64,000 bases of DNA from positions 24,422,950 through 24,486,949 of the forward strand of contig NC_134029.1 in assembly GCF_964204645.1 (NCBI RefSeq). Reading direction: 5' to 3'. Origin of the DNA: Tubulanus polymorphus (lineage: Eukaryota > Animalia > Nemertea). This document shows, piece by piece, positions 55,817 to 64,000 of this stretch (the first letter of the stretch is position 1; each line of letters opens with the position of its first letter). The position numbers were made by a program, and so were the translations under genes. A model generated the notes under the pieces. That model was not told where the DNA came from. It was given only the letters and a program-made list of their open reading frames with translations, and made no database searches.

Positions 55817-56926
55817 AACCCGGGACCGATCTCTCCGTCATCTACAGTTCAATTAACCAACTCCAGTTAATTCTGTGTAAATCGCACGAGTTTCATTCTT
55901 TTTATATCAAAAAATCAAATTTCAAAGTTTTCGTTACACAAAAAATCGGGTTCCTTTGTCCACGAGGTAAAATGTTGAATAAATTCGTCGACTAACGACT
56001 TGGTGACATATGTTTCAGAACGTGCTGTGTATTATCTACATCACGTACTGCGAGCTAAAATTCAAATTAGGGATTTTTATGATTTTTAAGTTAATCGTAT
56101 AATAATTGAACACAATTTCCGCGTTCAGCGATATACATTTTACATATGTTTTAATCCCATTTGTGCAGATCGTAACGGCTGCAACTCCAGGAGAAATAAA
56201 TTACACGTTCTCGACTCGAAAATTCACCGATCGATGCTCGATTTAAAATGGCAAATAGAAATGAAATATTTTCTTCTTTTTTTATATAGTTTATATTAAT
56301 TACAGTAGACCACGTGCTTTATTTGTATTAAACAGCCATCTGCAAATAACTCTTGAAAATCCACAAGAATCGATATCGATATAAACAATGGGAAACAAAG
56401 CATAAAACTCCAGTTTTTACTTGTATACAATAATAACAGTAGAGGCAACAACAGCTCTTACTACAACCAGGGAAGTGTGATGTCTCATCACACTTCCCTG
56501 CTACAACAAACCACCATATAAATCTCAACTACATGTTATTGTATATCAGTCTTGCAGAATACGTCGTCTTTGTTTAGCACTTTTGGCTTCAGAAATCACT
56601 ATAGGACTTTATCTTATTTGTATCGTCAATATCTATAGAAATCGATCTGCAAGCCTGGTGAAACTGACACCGGAGCGCACCCAGTGTCTTCTATTGCCAA
56701 TTCAATTCAATTCAATGCAATGCAATATTTATTATACCGCGTTGCAGAACAATAAAATCAGAAGAAAGTTGATGAATGAAAAAAGGCTGGAGTAGCAGCT
56801 GTAGATTTGGAGAAACAGTAGATCCTATTAGTTTTCAATTTCATTAGTAAACCTCCTAGTTTTCAAACCAGCTTCGCATTGGTAACATTTTCCATAACAT
56901 GTTACTTTTATGATTATCACATAGCT

Positions 56927-57011
56927 ACGTCACGCAGTACTAGTGTCGGTACACGTCACGTGCTACTAGTGTCAATGCACGTCACGTGGTACAAGTGTCA
57001 ATGCACGTCAC
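56927..57011. repeat. 26-bp tandem repeat (about 3.3 copies) overlapping the ninjurin B stop
   Basis: acgtcacgtgctactagtgtcaatgc units. Confidence 0.8.
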
Positions 57012-57994
57012 TAAATGCAGTCGTAGTAATATTCATTACAACGAGAATAAAAGCAATGATTGCGACGGCATTGCTCAGATTGTTAGCACGATGCGCGTGA
57101 TGACTAGAACCAGACTTTAATTTCTTATTCTCTCCGCTCTCAGCATCATCATCATCATCATCATCATTTTCATCTTTCCGAGATTCAGCATCAGTTACAC
57201 ACAGCAATAGAATAGTTGCAGTAACCTCTAAACCGATTGAAACACTCAACATAATTAGTAACAGTGAATAATACTCGACGCGTTCTCTTCCGCTGCTGAT
57301 AACTGACCGTAACTGCCCGATGTTTGACGTCAATAACGTCAGAACTGATACGTTGTGTAAGTTCGTCTTTTTCGTGGCGTAATTCTTACGTGAAATGGCG
57401 TTACGTCGTTTATTCGTATCGCCTCTCGTTGTGACGTCACCTTTACCAGGGTCAGTCGATTCACCTGGCAGTAATGGCGGACTTCCGTTATCTCTTCGAC
57501 CGTCGAACTGAAACAAAATGTCTCATTGTATAGTAAATACCCAGAGCTGGCAACTGCTCCTGATTTTCAGTGTTTGTTACTATCTTATAATGAGATAAAC
57601 TGACTTGATTAGTTTGATGTACAGATATATGAGAGATGTTACTGAAGGTCTTTTTCTGATAAACTCGAACACTTTCTTTCATATTTCAAAGAAATGTTAC
57701 TGAAATTCAATTTGTTGCTGATAGCACTTTTCAGAGGTTACATAGCCCCGAATACCCATACCCTAGTTTTATACGGGGTCTCAACTCAATTGAAAATGAA
57801 TGAATTCAGTTATAGTCCCCAGGTTAAAGTTGATGTACTCAGTCGATAAAACAATATCCGCAAATTTTTACATTCATTGTAACTTATCATTATAGAAATT
57901 AGTGTCTGGAAATATGACTTGAAAATCTGAATCCAAGTTTTAATTTAAATTACCGATAAAATTTTATATGTTTCGTGATAATCAAACGTACCAT
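56998..57994 (-). CDS. Ninjurin-family protein B; probable ATG-only exon 57994-57992 spliced to 57507-56998
   Basis: NYATKKT..LTLLTSNIGQLR..YYSLLLIMLSVSI..ANNLSNAVAIIAFILVVMNITTTAF; acceptor ttttgtttcag, upstream ATG|gtacgt donor in phase 0. Confidence 0.85.
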
Positions 57995-58755
57995 TGCGTT
58001 CATCCTGTTTGTCCTGTCAAATAAATATAATAAAACCGCTGTTTGATATAGAAATCTTCCGTTCCAACATGTTACCGAATTCATCAACCTATTTGATAAT
58101 TCTGGAAATTGTGTGTATAAATGTTCGGGTAAAATGTCGGGTTTTTGCTTGTAACAGGTTGTTTTGTATTAGCGAACAGAAATCCCACGTGTTTAGAGAT
58201 ACTAATTCGATTTAGACAACTGTGGGTATTTTTGCGAATGAATTCACTCTTCACTTCATCCGACTATATTAAAATGAAATACATATTCCGTGCAACGTTT
58301 CTGTAAAATCCTATTAGCCATCATCAGGTGTACTCATTTGTTAACCATGGAATGCGTTCGTCCTTTCATTCTGATTTGGGTTTAGCGGTCGGGGTTTTAT
58401 TTGTGGGGTTCGGAATCTTTATTGTGGTCGTGGTTTATTTGTGGGATTGGGGATTATTTCGTGTGGTAGGGATAGGCTAATGGGAGTAGTGGTTTGGTGG
58501 CCAGGACCAACGTTGTTTTCTCTAGCTCCCAATTCACCATAATACTGGAGCTGAGAACACCGACCAAAGGTTGAATATTATACTAATTGGATGACTGTGG
58601 TCCGAAACCACGTAAATAACTTGCGCATTTACATCGTGAATGAGATCATTTTCAATCACACCCACCACAGAGATACACACTACGTGTATTCACGAAATCA
58701 GAACTTTATCATTTTACAGTTGGCCGAATATGAACGAATATATAAACTCGAGTCT

Positions 58756-59444
58756 TAAAACTGCTGTGAATTTCCATGTGAAACTTCTACGGTTTTAGAG
58801 GTATTTTTTGTAAACTCTGAGAATGACTCGTGTGAGTAGTAATTTAAACACAGCATCATGTGAAATAATGATATGATTATAGAGTGTTCTGTAGCAGGAG
58901 TTTGAAGGAAGCATTTTGAAATTATGGTTCTGTGCTGTAACACATAATTTGGAAGCAGTTACTACACAGATCGTCGAGTCAAACAGTTCAAGCTGCGAAA
59001 ACGGTTCTACAAGATCTATTTCCTTCTTTAATGATTGTAATATTATCAGTGTTAACTGCTGCATTACGCAATAAGAGATCTGAGCTGAGAGCGAAGAGAA
59101 CAGATCGTCATCAATCTTCAGCCAGTAAAACTCTTCTTGTTGTAGTTATTGTGTATATTTTACTAGTTTTCCCACAAGCTGCAGCTAAATGTATGTATCA
59201 CATGATATTCGCCATTCAACCAGTGCTTTATAGAAATCATGGTATAATATTCAATCACAGTTCAACAAATCCTCATTTACAATTTTTTCTCAGCACTTTA
59301 TGGTTCCAGTTAGAAAGATTCCTACAAACATTCCGAGAATTTGTGTTTTGCATTAATTTTTCAATATACATCGGAACATTGAAAGTTTTCAGAAATAGAT
59401 TTATTAAATTATTTACTGATTGTTTTTGTTGTAAAACGAAATAA
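58756..59444 (+). pseudogene. Internally deleted duplicate of the 61365-62588 GPCR (keeps TM5-TM7 only)
   Basis: 58756-58989 matches the 5' flank 61165-61353, then jumps at aaacagttc|aagctgcgaaaac to about 62117; ATG and TM1-4 are missing. Confidence 0.85.
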
Positions 59445-59869
59445 AAAAGAAACAGAATCTGAGTAGATATTCCCCTTAGGGCCCTGATATCGTCTGAATA
59501 TTGATTTGTCAAACCTATGGACTCCGGTTGCTAATGACAGCGGGCTAAATATTCCTCATGAGGATCTATCTTATGTTTTAATTTTGTGATCCCACGAAGT
59601 CTCTGAAGCTACAAGAAAAATTAACGATTTATACCAAAATTCGAAGATACGGAGTTTTCAAAGGATCGGGATAAAGTTAGTTATGAGAGTTTGAAAATAC
59701 TCGAGTGCAACAATATAAGATACTGGTAAGATAGATTTATCACCACGGATTTCTGTGCTTATCAAGATAAGTTTTCCCCAGAGGGTGCAATTGAGCCGTA
59801 TAATATGATCTATACAAGAACAATTTATCTATCTTTTTTATTTACACATTCTTCAAAATCAAACGCACA

Positions 59870-60010
59870 GTCGCCGTTAAATACCTGTTCGAAGTGTTGG
59901 ATAACTTGACTCCGTTTGATTCAGCGATCAATTGCGTAATCTATATGATCGCTAGTAAACATTTCAGGAAAACTGCAACCCACATTTTATGTTCAAAATC
60001 ATCCTCGTAA
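59870..60010 (+). pseudogene. Fragment of another class A GPCR (TM7 and helix 8)
   Basis: VAVKYLFEVLDNLTPFDSAINCVIYMIASKHFRKTATHILCSKSSS*; upstream sequence is interrupted by stops. Confidence 0.6.
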
Positions 60011-60591
60011 TTGTTTTCTCGGAGTCCTCATAATTCCGGTAGATGTTATTGATGTCGTCAAGCAAAGAAACGCACAACGATAAACAATAATTGATATTTG
60101 ATTAGCGATAAATAAGCGGTAAGCGATAAAACGTCCTGGAGACAATGAAAGAAAAATCCCGAATTTTCAAATAAAATCAATTTCTTCTTTCATCCTCGAT
60201 TTTTCATTCAAAAATATTCAGATTTCGTAAGCACGAAATTTATACGATTATACAATTTATTGTTTTGGCTGACTATGATTATTATGTAACAACTATCGAG
60301 GTTTGTTACAATCTCTGTATTTGTATTTGATCGATATTTTCACTTTGTTTCTATCTTCATCCAATCAAGAGACATGAACGAAATAAAGGGATTCAATTGG
60401 AAAAGAATTGGGACAATAATCCAACAACAGGACCCCAGCTGGTACCAAAAAACATGGCACCTGAAAACTGTGAAACTGCTTATTATCATCTATCATATCA
60501 ATATTTCTGGCACTGGGTCTTTTTTCTCACAGGAAATGTTAAAATGATGGACTTAAATCACCTAGGAATAAAACCCCGTCCACCCGCCCGG

Positions 60592-60859
60592 TGTTTCATT
60601 GTGAAATTCTCGTGTACAGAACATACATTCAGTAGGGCCACTACCTTCCTCACATAACAATAACGTGACCTATTGTCGTACAGGCCACAAACTGGTTTGT
60701 ACCAGAACAATCAAAATCCGACGTATTTGGTCAATCTATAGATCGCGTATGAGTGGTCTGTGTAAGGTTTGTTTGCCGTCTCGATCTGATCATGATCTCA
60801 CAGACTGTGGTCACATAAAATGATAAAACCACATTACAGGAGGTGCCACGACCACAATT
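60592..60859. mobile_element. Young interspersed repeat, copy B (reverse complement of 1253-1519)
   Basis: Near-identical inverted match. Confidence 0.8.
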
Positions 60860-61364
60860 CGGGTTTAAACACATTTTGTTTGTGAGAATTACAACTATTT
60901 TACCGTCAAACCATTTCGATCAACTGGAATTTAGTTGTTAAAATGGATTTACATAACAGTTTAAGTAATATCACAGGAATCTTTTTTGTGTTTCCATGCC
61001 ATAAATCATTAAAGGAGTGAGAACTAGAGTATATCAGTACAGGTATATTCGATATTGGTCACGTAGATTTGTTTCCACATCTCAAATGTCATCACAGAGA
61101 CACGACTTCATTCATAAAATAAGAATTCTGGGTCGCGAATAGCAATGTGTATAAATTCTAATCTAAAAACTGCTGTGAATTTCAACAAGAAGCTTTGGTT
61201 TATTTTAGATTGATTTTTAGTAACTCTCAAAGCGACTCATGTAACGGGTAATTTCAACAGAGCATGTGAAATGTTGCGATGATTATATAGTGTTCTCAGA
61301 AACACATAATGAGAGGGCAGCAGTCACTACACAGATTGTCGTATCAAACAGTTCTGTTCTTGTC

Positions 61365-62588
61365 ATGGATAATTTTACCGCTATCGTCACTACAACTCGT
61401 AGAATATACCGCACTGCTGTGAAGACACCGGATTATATCATAGCTTTCAGCAGGTTCACCGACTTCGTTTATGGAAACAACCGAACATTCAAATATGTTT
61501 TCTTGTTTCCGCCGGGAAGTGTGTTTAATTTTCTGACAATAATTTTACTGATAAAGTGTCGCAGATATCAGTCAGTTCGTTACACGTTCCCTTATCTCAT
61601 AACTCTCGCGTTTTCAGATCAACTTGTCGTCTTGTTTGGATTGGAAAAATTCTCATGGTATCTAAAAGATCTATTTACGTGGTATCTAGGATTTTATAAA
61701 GGATGTGATGTAACGTATCTGACATTCGCTAAACACAGTAAACTATGTCCATCACTTTACTATTTCTATTACTATTTCCGCTATCTGCCCAGACGATTGT
61801 TTCCTTCGTGTGCTTTTTCAAACCTATTTTATGATCAGGCAATATCTGTATCAAACTACACAGTTATAGTGATTGCTATCGAGAGATTTGTTTCTATTCG
61901 TTTTCCTTTCTTTCACATGAAACATTTCACCGTCACTCGGCGTAAACTTGCAGTAGTTTTTGTCATCGTCTGGGCGTATTTCATGAACTTGGATTCAGCA
62001 ATCATGCGCAATCGTATTTATCTCAACAAAAATCGCAGATATAATGAAATATATGACAGTTTTATGTGTCAACAGTCGATCTACTACACGCATCGTTCCC
62101 AGCAACAAGTAACAAAAGCTGCGAAAACATTTTTACAAGATATATTTCCTTCTGTAATGATTGTAATATTATCAGTGTTAACTGCTGCATTACGCAATAA
62201 GAGATCTGAGCTGAGAGCGAAGAGAACAGATCGTCATCAATCTTCAGCCAGTAAAACTCTTCTCGTTGTAGTTATTGTGTATATTTTACTAGTTTTCCCG
62301 CACGCTGCAGCTAAATGCATTTACAACTTATTCTCCTTGATTGGACCAGTGCTTTATAGAAATCATGGAATGAAACTCAATTCCAGTTCCATAAATCCTC
62401 ATTTGCAATTCTTTCTTGTACATTTATGGGCTGGGTTAGAGAGATTTCTGCGAGTATTTCGAGAATTTGTTTTCTGCGTTAATTTCTTCATATACATCGG
62501 AACATTGAAAGTTTTCAGGAATGAATTCATCAAATTATTTACTGATTGTTTTTGTTGTAAAATGAAATCAAAACGACACAAAATATAA
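61365..62588 (+). CDS. Intronless class A GPCR, FMRFamide/peptide-receptor-like orphan
   Basis: First ATG at 61365 (MDNFTA, N-glycosylation sequon); GSVFN in TM1, YLITLAFSD in TM2, IAIERFVSIRFP, LVFP in TM6, CVNFFIYIGTLKVFR in TM7/H8. Confidence 0.88.
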   Translation: MDNFTAIVTTTRRIYRTAVKTPDYIIAFSRFTDFVYGNNRTFKYVFLFPPGSVFNFLTIILLIKCRRYQSVRYTFPYLITLAFSDQLVVLFGLEKFSWYLKDLFTWYLGFYKGCDVTYLTFAKHSKLCPSLYYFYYYFRYLPRRLFPSCAFSNLFYDQAISVSNYTVIVIAIERFVSIRFPFFHMKHFTVTRRKLAVVFVIVWAYFMNLDSAIMRNRIYLNKNRRYNEIYDSFMCQQSIYYTHRSQQQVTKAAKTFLQDIFPSVMIVILSVLTAALRNKRSELRAKRTDRHQSSASKTLLVVVIVYILLVFPHAAAKCIYNLFSLIGPVLYRNHGMKLNSSSINPHLQFFLVHLWAGLERFLRVFREFVFCVNFFIYIGTLKVFRNEFIKLFTDCFCCKMKSKRHKI

Positions 62589-62943
62589 CGAGTAAATGTT
62601 CCATTACGAACCCGGATCTGGACTTAGTTTTGTTACGTCCTATAATATACGAGTTTTATTTCGTTAATGTTAATTTGTTAAACCTCTGCTCCACGGTAAG
62701 TTATGAGTTATGATTGACTCTGAGTTAAGTCATCGACAATGAACTGATTTCACTTTCTCGTTCGGACGGAAATTTATTGATGATAATTAATAGATATATA
62801 ATTTATTAAGTATAGTTTCTATCAATTTCCAATAAAGCCATTTTCTGTTGCATCGATTCAGACTCTTCCGATCTTCAGTTTTTCCATTTCACGCATCATT
62901 TGGCAAACTGCGCACGAGTGACACCAATATAAGCAACGCATAT

Positions 62944-63092
62944 CCAGGGGCCAGCTGTTGCACAGTCGTGACTTAAGTCCAAAAGTGGTCTTAATTCTTA
63001 AGACAGGTCTTAAGTTGTTAGATTGGCAATAGGACTAAGTTGGTCTTAGACTGGTCTTAAGTCTAAGCCATGACTATGCAACCGGCCCCTGG
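62944..63092. mobile_element. MITE (CCAGGGGCCAG.TGCA.AGTC / GACTATGCAACCGGCCCCTGG)
   Basis: Terminal inverted repeats. Confidence 0.75.
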
Positions 63093-63145
63093 AGGATAGA
63101 ACCTTTAATGTTGTATTTTGTTGTATTTTAACGCGGAGTTAAATC

Positions 63146-64000
63146 CTATGTCACAAACGTAGAACTGGATCCTGGATTGTACTCAGATTCTCGACGACTT
63201 ATCGCTTGATAATGACAAACACATCCTGGTAAAACTAACAGAACACTTATAAACACCAATACAGCGCAGTAATAGAACGATACAGCATAGTCGACAGTGC
63301 GGTCGTATATCCAACCTGAAATAGAAATTAACATATATAACTGAGATATACTTTAGTAAGTTGTTGAATTACGAAAATTTCACTCTCAAGCCCATCGCAC
63401 ACGATACAAGGAAATATGTAAACAGGATGCAGACATGTTTTCGTGTTTCCGTGCGTCGTGTGCGTTGGGTTCAGGCAACACTGTTTTTACAAGTTGAAAT
63501 ATATATTACTGCATTCACAATTTCAAATGGAAAGTAGATATCTTAATCTGCTGTTATAAGTGCTTAATGGGATTCCATCCGAATTACCTGCCATAGGAGC
63601 ACCGAATAAAAATCCGATTCCACCGAAAAACATACTATACGCGTATGACATGAATAGATAATCGCTTCCAAATAAATCCATTAAAACTAAAGCGTGTAAA
63701 CATCCGAGGGCTGATAGTGAAAACCCAATAGCTGCGCAGATTGCCACGGCTGCCGTGTAGCCGTTTAAATTGGGTATTAGACACACCTCGACCCCGAGTA
63801 ATGTGTTCAGAATAAGATACAAGGTGAATGTATCTATTCGGGGATGTTTGGTCGTCAATGAAACGATGACGCGCCCGATTAGATTAGCTATTGCTATTGC
63901 CGATAAAGTAAATCTCGCCTGTTCTCGCGATATTTCTAACAGAACTTCAGATCCGGATACGATGTGTACATATATTGTAGATATTGCCGCGTGGACGATC
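63146..64000 (-). CDS. SLC16/MCT copy 5, 3' part (exons >64000-63588 and 63315-63146), inverted relative to the array
   Basis: IYVHIVSG..EQARFTLSAI..NLIGR..KHPRID..GFLFGAPMAG-WIYDRTVDYAVSFY; runs off the window. Confidence 0.9.

Overview
AT-rich, intron-containing eukaryotic DNA, probably an invertebrate animal (possibly lophotrochozoan; inference only). All gene models were spliced by hand. In order: an intronless class A GPCR (1937-2977); a convergent pair of SUMO genes (SUMO2/3-type on +, SUMO1-type on -, whose reading frame ends [10 protein letters not shown] without the canonical di-glycine); a Harbinger-like element with a MADF remnant; two hydroxylysine kinase (HYKK/APH-family) genes with a decayed third copy between them; a degenerate multi-exon CUB-like gene the ORF track does not recover; a 17-exon SLC36/AVT-type amino acid transporter (-); four tandem SLC16/MCT transporters (+) with a tRNA-Gly(TCC) inside the array; two divergent ninjurin genes (-); a GPCR with an internally deleted duplicate and a further GPCR fragment; and the 3' part of a fifth MCT (-). 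Non-coding DNA is rich in palindromic MITEs, micro/minisatellites and Penelope-like remnants carrying minimal hammerhead ribozyme cores. Most interesting leads: the linked SUMO1/SUMO2-3 pair with a possibly non-conjugatable SUMO1, the atypical ninjurin pair, the hammerhead motifs, and gene-conversion mosaics in the HYKK and MCT arrays.
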